Assembly: GCA_938084645.1 (NCBI GenBank) | Contig: CALKEP010000020.1 | Span: forward strand, 1-37,943 | DNA: 37,943 nucleotides | Direction: 5' to 3' | DNA from: an uncultured Phycisphaerales bacterium | Lineage (GTDB): Bacteria; Planctomycetota; Phycisphaerae; Phycisphaerales; SM1A02 | In this document: positions 10,321 to 18,966 of the stretch, piece after piece | How the letters are laid out: the number at the start of each line of letters is the position of its first letter | How positions within the stretch are numbered: the stretch's first letter is position 1 | Translations under genes and position numbers: made by a program | The notes under the pieces: model-generated | The model's database searches: none | Told to the model about the DNA's origin: nothing | What the model saw: the letters and a program-made list of their open reading frames with translations, nothing else

Positions 10321-11886
10321 ATGCTCGAGCGAGTAGCATCCTCGGCCGTGGACCGCGACCCTTCAGCCCCCGAGCTCGACGAAATCGCCGCGCTGTCGCC
10401 ACGCCGGCGTGCCCTGATCCTGGTCGCGATGACCGGGTCGTTGTCCATGATCATGATGGACACCACCGTGGTCGGCGTCGCCCTCGCGGAGATCGGGCGG
10501 GATCTGGGCCTCGGCGAGTCCCGACTCGCCTGGGTGGTGAACGCGTATCTGCTCGCCCTCGCGGCGTTGATCGCCCTCGGCGGTCGGATCGGCGATCTGG
10601 TCGGGAAGAATCGGGCGTTCATGGTCGGCGTCACCGTCTTCGCGCTCGCGAGCCTGTGGTGCGGCCTCGCGACCTCCGGGTCGATGCTGATCGCCGCACG
10701 CGTGCTGCAGGCGGTCGGGGCGGTCCTGATGCAGCCGGCATCGGGTGCGATCGTCATCTCGACCGCGGCCCCCGGACGCGAGGGTCGGACGATGGGGATC
10801 TACATCGGAATCTCGATGCTCTCGCTCGCGATCGGTCCGGTGCTGGGCGGCATCGTCACCGAACGATTCGGCTGGCACTGGATCTTCTTCATCAATCTGC
10901 CCATCGCCGCGATCGCCCTGGTGCTCGCGGCCTGGGCGCGTCCGCCGGCGATCCGGTCCGCGGACCGGGCGATCGACGGGACGAGCATCGCGATGCTCGT
11001 CGTCTCGCTCCCACTCCTCGTCGGTGGGATTCAGGAGACCGGGTCGACGGAGCTCGGCCGGTGGATTCCCTATGGAATGATCGTCGCGGGCCTGGTCGGG
11101 TTGGTGGCGTTCCTCCGGCGGCAGGGAAGGGTCGCGAACCCGGTGCTGCAGATGAACCTTCTTCGGGATCGCGGCTTCCTCGCGGATGCCACGATGCTCG
11201 GCCTGATGCAGTTCGCGCTGACCGGCACGGTGATCCAGTTGTCGGTGCTTCTCCAGTCGACCTTCGCGCTCGATCCGGAGTCGGCGGGATACGCCACCCT
11301 GCCGTTGATGCTTCCGGTTCTGCTCTTCGTGCAGGTCTCGGGTCGGCTCTACGATCGGTTCGGAGTCCGTCGGCTCGCGATTCCCGCCGCGATCGCCGCT
11401 TCCAGTGCGGTGGTCCTGCTGGGGGTCGGATCGCTGACGAGATCGATGTCCGTTCTGGTGGCGGCGATGTTCCTCCTCGGATGTGCGATCCCGTTCGTGA
11501 ACATGCCGAGCAACACCGACGGCATGCGTCGGATCGGTCCCGAGAACCGGGGGCAGGCCTCGGGCGTCCTGCAGACCTTCAGGATGTTCGGATCGACGCT
11601 CGGGATCGCGTTCATGACCGCGATGGTCGGGGTGGTCGGTCGGCGGGATTCCGAATCCGCCGCGGTCTGTGACGGCGTCGATCCCGGCGTGGTCGAACGG
11701 GCCGGTCGAGGCGATCTCGGCGACCTGGCGACGTTGATCGGGTCGGCGTCCGATGCGTGCGTCGAATTCGTTCGCACCGAGATCGCCCGAGGCATCGGAT
11801 GGGGGTTCGTCTTTGCGGGCCTCGTGGCCTCGCTCGCCACCCTGGCCGCGATCGCCTGGCGACCACCACCTTCGCCGGAGGAGTGA
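10321..11886 (+). CDS. MFS transporter, DHA2 (EmrB/QacA-like, 14 TMS); start uncertain (ATG 10321 or GTG 10348)
   Basis: MDTTVVGVAL (motif D1), WVVNAYLL, GGRIGDLVGKNR (motif A), ARVLQAVG (motif B), IGPVLGG (motif C), WHWIFFINLP. Confidence 0.9.
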   Translation: MLERVASSAVDRDPSAPELDEIAALSPRRRALILVAMTGSLSMIMMDTTVVGVALAEIGRDLGLGESRLAWVVNAYLLALAALIALGGRIGDLVGKNRAFMVGVTVFALASLWCGLATSGSMLIAARVLQAVGAVLMQPASGAIVISTAAPGREGRTMGIYIGISMLSLAIGPVLGGIVTERFGWHWIFFINLPIAAIALVLAAWARPPAIRSADRAIDGTSIAMLVVSLPLLVGGIQETGSTELGRWIPYGMIVAGLVGLVAFLRRQGRVANPVLQMNLLRDRGFLADATMLGLMQFALTGTVIQLSVLLQSTFALDPESAGYATLPLMLPVLLFVQVSGRLYDRFGVRRLAIPAAIAASSAVVLLGVGSLTRSMSVLVAAMFLLGCAIPFVNMPSNTDGMRRIGPENRGQASGVLQTFRMFGSTLGIAFMTAMVGVVGRRDSESAAVCDGVDPGVVERAGRGDLGDLATLIGSASDACVEFVRTEIARGIGWGFVFAGLVASLATLAAIAWRPPPSPEE

Positions 11887-11904
11887 CGGTCGGCCGTCGC
11901 CGGT

Positions 11905-12429
11905 TCAGTCCATGATCGAAGGGGGCAGTTCCCTGGGACGCCAGGTGCCGAGATGGATCGCCGCGTCACCGGACCAGTCGGCCCACGCCGTGACCGCGGG
12001 TTCGCGTATCTGGAATCGTGAGATCGTGGCGGTCGGGCAGTGGATCGGGGTCGACGCGAGTTTGCTCATCAGCGTCTGCATGCCGGGATTGTGCCCGACC
12101 ACGAGGAGGCGTCGGGCCTCGCCGCCGAACTCGCGGACGGTTTCGAGGATCGACTGCGGCGACGCGAGGTACAGCGATCGCGTCTGCGTGACCGTCCCTT
12201 GGAATCCGCTGGCCTCGGTCAGGCCGGCGACCGTTTCACGGGTTCGGCACGCGTCCGAGGTGAGGATTCGATCCGGGACCAGGTCGAGTTCCTTGCAAAG
12301 CCGCCCCATTCGACCGGCCGCGGTGATGCCACGCGGGTTGAGCGGGCGCTCGTGATCCGTCATGTCTTCATCCGCCCACGAGCTCTTCGCATGGCGAAGC
12401 AGGAGCAGTTCGATCGGTGAATGAGGCAT
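11905..12429 (-). CDS. sixA: SixA-like phosphohistidine phosphatase (histidine phosphatase superfamily)
   Basis: LLRHAKS, DHERPLNPRG, SDACRTRET, LYLA and VGHNPG. GGAG RBS upstream. Confidence 0.85.
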   Translation of the reverse strand: MPHSPIELLLLRHAKSSWADEDMTDHERPLNPRGITAAGRMGRLCKELDLVPDRILTSDACRTRETVAGLTEASGFQGTVTQTRSLYLASPQSILETVREFGGEARRLLVVGHNPGMQTLMSKLASTPIHCPTATISRFQIREPAVTAWADWSGDAAIHLGTWRPRELPPSIMD

Positions 12430-12447
12430 GGGGCGTGGACTCCCGGA

Positions 12448-13779
12448 TCAGCGGGGACAGCCGCCCCACGCGCCGATCAGGATACCGACGTCCGCGCCGT
12501 CGACGGTGCCGTCACCGTCGAGGTCCCCGGTGCAGCTTCCCATCGCGGCCTGGATGATCTCGAGATCGGTTCGATCGACGACGCCGTCGTAGTTGAGGTC
12601 CTCGCGGGCGAAGTGACTCGTCGGATCGCAGTGCGTCGCGGTTCCGACGGGGCAGTCGCCCGCGAATCCCATCGGAAGCCGATTGTTGATGAAGCAGAAG
12701 AAGTTCTTGTAGTCGTGGACCACGATCGGATTCGTCGCCATCACGGAGGCGTGACCCCCGGAGACGAGGGTGGAGATCGCCAGGTCGACCTGGGCGTCCA
12801 GATAGGTGATGTTCCCGTTCAGGTTCGGCTGTCCGAAGGAGATCTCGTAGGCGTTCGGGGCGGTCGGATCGGTTTCGATCGCGATGGAGAAGTTCCCGTT
12901 CCCGTTCGCGGCGCCGTCGGCGAAGAGCGTCGACCAGGCGATCATGCCGTAGCAGTCCTCCATGTCCGAGGTCTGCCGGTTCCAGCAGTGGAGGCAGGTG
13001 GTGGCGTCGGCCAGCGGTTCGCAGGCCGTCTCGTAGCAGGCGACGTTCCGGTAGGCCATCAGGATCGACGCATCGAGGTAGTACTGTTGGAGGCAGTCCG
13101 AGACGAACATGGTCTGGGTGCCGCCGCCGGGCAGTGGGCAGGGAAGACGGAAGTCGTCGCTGCCGGTTCCGGCGTGCAACCGCATCGGCAGGAAGGCGGT
13201 GAGTCGGAGTTTCAGTCCGGTCGTCTCGGTGGTGTTGTACTGATCGACGAGGGCGCGGATCGAAGCCAGTGCCGTGAAGTAGACGGGCATGGCCGCCGGC
13301 GTCGGAGGTTCGAAGTCCATCCACATCTCGAGATGGCCGTCGAGGTGCGTCGCGAGCGTCGTCGCATCGGCGGGAGAAAGGGCCGAGAGGTAGTCGACGA
13401 TCGCCTGGGCGTCGGCGACGCCGCAGTCGGCGGTGTTGCAGTGGATCATGGAGAATCCGGGAGAGACCCGGACCGGCGGGGTGGCCGTCGCGAAGTGGAT
13501 CGCCGCCGCGGTGAACGCCGCGGTGTAGTGCTTGAAGTAGCCGTCGCTGCAGTCCTTGTAGATCGTGCCGCCGAGGCCGGCGGACGCGTCACCGATGAAG
13601 TCCTTGAACTCCTTCCATGCATTGTTCGCCCGCGGCGCCGCGGCAAGCCCGAACGCCGTGTTGTCCCAGACCACGATGCCCTTCCGCGATGACGGTGGCG
13701 TGGTCGTCGCGGTGGCGGCCGTCGAGAGGACGGCGAGGAGGGACAGCGCCTGAACGATGCGATTGGGGATCGTGGCCAT
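12448..13779 (-). CDS. Secreted Cys-rich protein with a putative glycoside-hydrolase-like TIM barrel and a C-terminal dockerin-like domain
   Basis: Signal peptide. Motifs MDFEP, ILMAYRN, IAIET and VVHDY. C-terminus EDLNYDGVVD...GDLDGDGTVDGADVGILIGAWGGC. GGAG RBS upstream. Confidence 0.7.
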   Translation of the reverse strand: MATIPNRIVQALSLLAVLSTAATATTTPPSSRKGIVVWDNTAFGLAAAPRANNAWKEFKDFIGDASAGLGGTIYKDCSDGYFKHYTAAFTAAAIHFATATPPVRVSPGFSMIHCNTADCGVADAQAIVDYLSALSPADATTLATHLDGHLEMWMDFEPPTPAAMPVYFTALASIRALVDQYNTTETTGLKLRLTAFLPMRLHAGTGSDDFRLPCPLPGGGTQTMFVSDCLQQYYLDASILMAYRNVACYETACEPLADATTCLHCWNRQTSDMEDCYGMIAWSTLFADGAANGNGNFSIAIETDPTAPNAYEISFGQPNLNGNITYLDAQVDLAISTLVSGGHASVMATNPIVVHDYKNFFCFINNRLPMGFAGDCPVGTATHCDPTSHFAREDLNYDGVVDRTDLEIIQAAMGSCTGDLDGDGTVDGADVGILIGAWGGCPR

Positions 13780-13906
13780 GGTTGCTCCACTCGGGGTGAT
13801 GATCCGACCGGAATCTCATCGACGGACGATCCGGGTGACATCCGCGGATTCCCTCGATCGGTCGGAATCCGCCGATCGGGGCATCAGGAAGCGAGGGCGG
13901 GGGATC

Positions 13907-16048
13907 TCAGCCCGGGCACGGGCCCCACGCCGCGAGGATCAGACCGAGATCGGCACCGCCGGTGGTGCCGTCGCCGTCGAGGTCGCCCTGGGGGGTTCCC
14001 CACGCCGCCAGCAGGAGACCGATGTCGCCGCCGTTGACGATCCCGTCCCCGCTGAGATCGGCGGGGCAGGGGTTCGCCGGCGGGGTGTATCGAATGGGCA
14101 TGCTGCTCCAACGAATCGCGATCAGATCGCCACTCGCGGGATCGGCGGTCATGCCGACGATCTCGCCCGCGGACTGGTCGAACATCTCCACGGACACCGG
14201 CCGTCCGTCGTCGTCGAAGCGCAGCACTCGAATCCAGCGGTGGATGTAGTCGGCGAAGAAGAGTCCATGCCACGCCGATGGCCAGCGTGGGTCGGTCTGC
14301 AGGACCCCGCCGGTGATCGAGTTGCCGAAGAAGGGAGCACCCGTGATCGGACTGTTCGGATCCTGGATGTCCGTGGTGGTCGGATCGACGCCCTCGAAGG
14401 TCGCGGAGCGGGTTCCTGCGAAGCCATGGCGGATGTCGAGCACCGGCCGGTGGTGACTGAAGCTCGGCGGATCGACGACCGGTGTGAACGGGAGGTCCGG
14501 GGCATCGAGGCGGTCGATGTTGGGCCCGGTCGGAATGATGGTGCGGAGGGTGATCTGGTGCGGCCCCGCGGTGAGGTTCGCCGAGAATTCGACGGACCGC
14601 CAGTTCGACCAGTCGCCGGTCGACGGGATGTCGAGGGTGGTCAACATCTCGCCATCGACGTCGACCGCGATCGGGCGTGGTTTTCCACCGCCGTTCGCGA
14701 AACGCACGCGGAACGAGCGAAGGCCGTCCGCAGGGCAGTCGACCGTGAAGTCGATCGTCTCACCGGTCGAAAACCCGAAGTCCAGGTAGCCCTCGCCGGT
14801 GAAACCGGTGACCTCGTTCTTGAAGGTGGGACCGTTCCAGGAGATCGGGAATCGCCACGCCGGATCACAGGGGTTGCCCGGTCGCTGGTCGTCCGGCGTG
14901 TCGTGCATCAGGAGATCGCGGAATCGGAAGCCGACCGGACATTCGTCGCCGCTCAGCGGATTCGCGGCGGTGGGGTGCATCCGGTCGCTCATCCAGAATC
15001 CGGCATCGATGTCGTGGCCTTGATAGAGCGGCCACCCGTTGTTGAGGGCGGGTGCGTCGATCACGCCGATCTCCTCGTAGGAGCCGGCGCCCACGTCGCC
15101 GTAGGCGAACGATCCCGGATCGCCATCGGCGGGGTTCGTGCTTCCGGTGCCCGGAATCAGCGAGATTCGAAACGGGTTCCGCAGTCCGAGGCTCCAGACG
15201 CGGCTTCGTGGACTTCGCGGCGACTTCGGATCGAACCAGGGATTGCTCGGGACGCCGAACCCGGACTCGGGATCGAGGCGGAGGAGCTTTCCGCAGAGGG
15301 TGTCGATGTACTGGGCCCGGAACGCACCGAGGTCCTGATCGGGCGTGATGATCCCGTCGGCGAGGGCCTGGTCGATCCAGCCGCCGTCGACCTGTCCGCC
15401 GGTGTCGACGCCGCCGTAGCTCGCGGAGTCGCCCATGCTCGCGATGAGGGTGCCGTCGGTGCCGAAGACGAGGCTGCCGACCGCGTGCGACTGGTGCAGG
15501 ATCGGGAGACCGTCGGTGATCGATCCGCCCACCAGGACGCGGCGCGTCTTCGGATCGATGGTCGATCGTTCGCTCGCTTCGGTGGCCTCGTACCTGGTGA
15601 TGCGGCCGATCGTCGCGGCGAAGTACTCGTCCGCGTTCGGATCGTACTGCGGGGTGCCGAAGTTCAGGAGGTGATGGCGGTCGACCACGTACATCAGGTA
15701 GAGGCGACCGTTGTCGAGGAACGCCGGATCGAGCGCGAGGCCGAGCAGGCCGTGGTCACGCCACGCACCGACCTCTTCTCGGAGGTCGATCATCGGTTCC
15801 ATGCTCATCGCGAGGTCGGGACCGAGCATCCAGACCTGTCCGGCGCGTTCCCAGGCCACGAAGCGGCCATCGCCCACCGGAACGATCCCGACGATCTCCT
15901 GCCAGTCGCCGGCGACACCGCTTCGGGTGAATCCTTCGGGGGGGGCGCCGTGGGTGGCGGGGACCGCGGTCAGGAGCGTTGCGCAACCGATGACCGAGGC
16001 GGTGATTCGATGGAGGAGCCGAGGAAGAAGTCGATGCATGTCGTCCAT
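13907..16048 (-). CDS. Secreted PQQ-dependent sugar dehydrogenase (GSDH/sorbosone DH beta-propeller) with CBM6/35-like insert and dockerin-like tail; start may be 16039
   Basis: DHGLLGLALDPAF, SHAVGSLVFGTDGTL, GKLLRLD, GLRNPFR, GDVG..SYEE, NNGWP. CBM motifs GFTGEGY, RFANG and GPNID. Tail CPADLSGDG...AAWGPC. Confidence 0.85.
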   Translation of the reverse strand: MDDMHRLLPRLLHRITASVIGCATLLTAVPATHGAPPEGFTRSGVAGDWQEIVGIVPVGDGRFVAWERAGQVWMLGPDLAMSMEPMIDLREEVGAWRDHGLLGLALDPAFLDNGRLYLMYVVDRHHLLNFGTPQYDPNADEYFAATIGRITRYEATEASERSTIDPKTRRVLVGGSITDGLPILHQSHAVGSLVFGTDGTLIASMGDSASYGGVDTGGQVDGGWIDQALADGIITPDQDLGAFRAQYIDTLCGKLLRLDPESGFGVPSNPWFDPKSPRSPRSRVWSLGLRNPFRISLIPGTGSTNPADGDPGSFAYGDVGAGSYEEIGVIDAPALNNGWPLYQGHDIDAGFWMSDRMHPTAANPLSGDECPVGFRFRDLLMHDTPDDQRPGNPCDPAWRFPISWNGPTFKNEVTGFTGEGYLDFGFSTGETIDFTVDCPADGLRSFRVRFANGGGKPRPIAVDVDGEMLTTLDIPSTGDWSNWRSVEFSANLTAGPHQITLRTIIPTGPNIDRLDAPDLPFTPVVDPPSFSHHRPVLDIRHGFAGTRSATFEGVDPTTTDIQDPNSPITGAPFFGNSITGGVLQTDPRWPSAWHGLFFADYIHRWIRVLRFDDDGRPVSVEMFDQSAGEIVGMTADPASGDLIAIRWSSMPIRYTPPANPCPADLSGDGIVNGGDIGLLLAAWGTPQGDLDGDGTTGGADLGLILAAWGPCPG

Positions 16049-16170
16049 TGTGCCGCTTTCGGTGGGGAATCCAAGTCCTGAGTTGGATTTGACGTGCTCA
16101 CGATCGCCCGGTTCCCGGCCCCGCAGATCTTTGGCCTCGAAAAGTCGGTGGTTCGCGGTAGGCTTCCGGT

Positions 16171-18966
16171 ATGACGAATCCAGATCAACGACCGTTGTCG
16201 CTCGTTCCCGCGCCCACGCTTCTTCTCCTGGTCATCCTCGGGTTGATTCCGGGCGGTTCGATCAGGGGTGCCGCGCCCGTCGATGAGCGGCCGCCGAACG
16301 TGATTCTCATCATGGCGGACGATCTCGGGCTCGCCGAACTCGGCTGCACCGGAAGCGAACGGATCTCGACCCCCAACATCGACCGGCTTCGTGAGCGGGG
16401 CATGCTGCTGACCGCGGCGTACTCGGGATCGACGGTCTGCGCCCCGAGTCGCTGCACGTTGCTCACGGGCCGGCACACCGGCACCGCGCAGATTCGCGAC
16501 AACGGTGAGACGCCGAACTTCACCGACGATCCCGGCCGGGAGGGGACCGAGGAGATCTCGGGTTGGACGGCGCCGCCGATGCCGCAGGGATGGTGGGGCG
16601 GCCAGCGAGGGCTCGAGCCGGGGACCGAGACGATCGCCACCGCACTCAAGCGAAACGGCTACGCGACCTACATGGCCGGCAAGTGGGGGCTTGGAGGGCC
16701 GAAGCTCGGAAGCATGCCGTCGGATCACGGTTTCGACGGGTTCATCGGCTACCTCTGTCAGCGGAACGCCCACAACTTCTATCCGACCTACCTCGTCGAG
16801 GATGACGAGAAGCTGATGCTCGCGGGGAACGACCGCGGGCTCGTGGGCGAACAGTATTCGACCGATCTGATGATCGATCGGGCGGTCCGGTTCATCGATC
16901 GCAATGCCGGCAACCCCTTCTTCCTCTACTACGCGACGCCGGTTCCGCATCTCGCCCTGCAGGTGCCGGAGGATTCGTTGCGGGAATACGCGGGCCGCTG
17001 GCCGGAGACGCCCTACGAAGGGGGCAAGGGTTACCTGCCCAACGCCACGCCGCGGTCGACCTATGCCGCGATGATCACCCGGTTCGACCGCAACGTCGGC
17101 ATGATGCTCGACGAGCTCGAACGGAAGGGCATCGCCGATGACACGGTGGTGATCCTGACCAGCGACAACGGGTCGACCTTCGGGATCGGGGGCTACGACC
17201 CCGCGTTCTTCGAGGGCACCGGCGGGCTTCGGGGCCACAAGTGCAATCTCTACGAAGGCGGCATCCGGGTGCCGACCATCGTGACCTGGCCGGGCCGCAT
17301 CGAGGCGGGGTCGGTCGACGCCACGCCCAACGCGAACTGGGATCTCATGCCGACGATCCTCGCCATGACCGATTCGAAGACCGACGCGGTCATCGACGGC
17401 ATCGATCTCTCGCCCGCGCTTCTCGGCCGCGGAGAGGCCGTCGATCGGGATCATCTCTACTGGGAATACCACGCCGGTGGCGGACAGCAGGCCGTGCGAA
17501 GCGGCCGGTGGAAGGCGGTGCGAATCGGGGTGCATCGGGACCCGGACGTTCCATTGGAGCTCTACGACCTCGAGGCCGATCCCGCCGAGTCCAGCGACGT
17601 CGCGGCGATGCATCCGGAAGTCGCCGCCCGCCTGCTCGAGGTCATGCGATCGGAGCACACGGTCTCGCCGATCGCCGGCTGGAACTTCGGTTGGAACGAG
17701 GGGGCTCCGAAGGTCGAGGATGATCGGGCGAAGGCCGCGGCGATCCTCGAAGTCGGCCCGGGGATCGAGATCAGGCGCCAGTTCGTCACGGGCGTCGACG
17801 TCATCATCGACGGTGGCACCTTGACGCTCACCGGCCCGGCGAATCCGATCAACGGTTCGACGGTTCGATTCTCGAAGGCGGGAGGCTCGCTCGTGCTGGA
17901 GAACCACACCGCGGAGGCGTTCCGACGGAAGCACGCCCGCAAGATGCGGACCAGCGAAGGCGCCGCGAAGGAAGGTCGGGACTACTCGGTCGAGGATCGG
18001 CCGGAGGGAGGATGCATGGTCACGCGAATCGCGAGCACGGCGATGGCGCCACCCGCCTTGGAGGCTCGACTCGATCGCCCGGGGGCGCCGGGATTCGAAT
18101 CGCTGGCCGCCCGTTTCGCCGGATCCAATCCGGGTTCGGCGGTCCGGTTCACCGCTGAAGCGAGGGAGATGCCCGCCGCGGACCGAGATCGCGTCGTCTT
18201 CGTGCAGCGAGGCGCGACGCACGGGATGGTCACGACCAAGGACGGAACGTCGATGGAATCCGATCTTCGGGTCGGTGATCTTCTCGCGCTCCGTCCGGGA
18301 GACACCGCGGATTTCGAAACGGCCGTCGACGTGGTCGCGTTCGAGATCGCCGAGCCGCTCGCCGCGACGGTGCCGGCGATCATCCGGCCGGACTTCGATC
18401 CGGCGCTCAGCGACCGACCGGGCGGATGTGCGACCGACCCGGGGGCCTACCGGCGATTGTTGCTCACCTGGGATCCCGAGCGGGGACCGTACGTCAACCG
18501 CGGCTTCAACTGCCATCGCGTCCGGATCGACGATTCCTTCACCCACTACCACCCGGTGGATGGTGGTTGGGACGAGTTGTATCTCGTGCAGGAGGCGCCG
18601 CCGGGTGCGGAACTGCTCGTCTGCCGGGAGACCGCGCGACTCGATCGGGAGCAACTGGATCCGGATGGTGCGGCCGGCTCGCTTCCGCCGCTTGGGTCGC
18701 CGGAACTCGACGGCCTCTTCCGGTCGATTCCGCTGCATGCCGGGTCGATGGTGTTGCTTCCGCGCGGGCTCGCGCACCGGGGCCGCGGCGGCGCGGTGGT
18801 CCAGGTCATCGCGGTGCCCGGATTCCGTCCCGGATACGAGGTGCCGCTGGACGGCGCCATCCAGCGGCTCAACGGCCGCTTCGCCCTCACGGGCGGTCGC
18901 CGCCTTCCGCTGCATGTCGAAGGGGTCGCCCGTCCGCGCCCGAACACTCCCGGAGTCACCCGATGA
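16171..18966 (+). CDS. Secreted S1 (Cys/formylglycine) sulfatase fused to an unknown beta domain and a C-terminal cupin
   Basis: PPNVILIMADDLG, CAPSR (16438-16452), LLTGRH, GKWGLG, SDNG, LYEGGIRVP, ELYDLEADPAE. One uninterrupted frame continues to the cupin motifs THYH...DE and GSMVLLPRGLAH. Confidence 0.88.
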   Translation: MTNPDQRPLSLVPAPTLLLLVILGLIPGGSIRGAAPVDERPPNVILIMADDLGLAELGCTGSERISTPNIDRLRERGMLLTAAYSGSTVCAPSRCTLLTGRHTGTAQIRDNGETPNFTDDPGREGTEEISGWTAPPMPQGWWGGQRGLEPGTETIATALKRNGYATYMAGKWGLGGPKLGSMPSDHGFDGFIGYLCQRNAHNFYPTYLVEDDEKLMLAGNDRGLVGEQYSTDLMIDRAVRFIDRNAGNPFFLYYATPVPHLALQVPEDSLREYAGRWPETPYEGGKGYLPNATPRSTYAAMITRFDRNVGMMLDELERKGIADDTVVILTSDNGSTFGIGGYDPAFFEGTGGLRGHKCNLYEGGIRVPTIVTWPGRIEAGSVDATPNANWDLMPTILAMTDSKTDAVIDGIDLSPALLGRGEAVDRDHLYWEYHAGGGQQAVRSGRWKAVRIGVHRDPDVPLELYDLEADPAESSDVAAMHPEVAARLLEVMRSEHTVSPIAGWNFGWNEGAPKVEDDRAKAAAILEVGPGIEIRRQFVTGVDVIIDGGTLTLTGPANPINGSTVRFSKAGGSLVLENHTAEAFRRKHARKMRTSEGAAKEGRDYSVEDRPEGGCMVTRIASTAMAPPALEARLDRPGAPGFESLAARFAGSNPGSAVRFTAEAREMPAADRDRVVFVQRGATHGMVTTKDGTSMESDLRVGDLLALRPGDTADFETAVDVVAFEIAEPLAATVPAIIRPDFDPALSDRPGGCATDPGAYRRLLLTWDPERGPYVNRGFNCHRVRIDDSFTHYHPVDGGWDELYLVQEAPPGAELLVCRETARLDREQLDPDGAAGSLPPLGSPELDGLFRSIPLHAGSMVLLPRGLAHRGRGGAVVQVIAVPGFRPGYEVPLDGAIQRLNGRFALTGGRRLPLHVEGVARPRPNTPGVTR

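Noticed and set aside
13855..13878. Hairpin cgatcgg...ccgatcg downstream of the PQQ dehydrogenase gene as a terminator
   Set aside because: It has no U-tract and is built from the ubiquitous CGATCG word, so support is too weak.
18426..18962. N-terminal extension of the fucosidase ORF (794 aa in the track)
   Set aside because: It overlaps the sulfatase-cupin frame. The signal peptide and ATGA coupling place the start at 18963.
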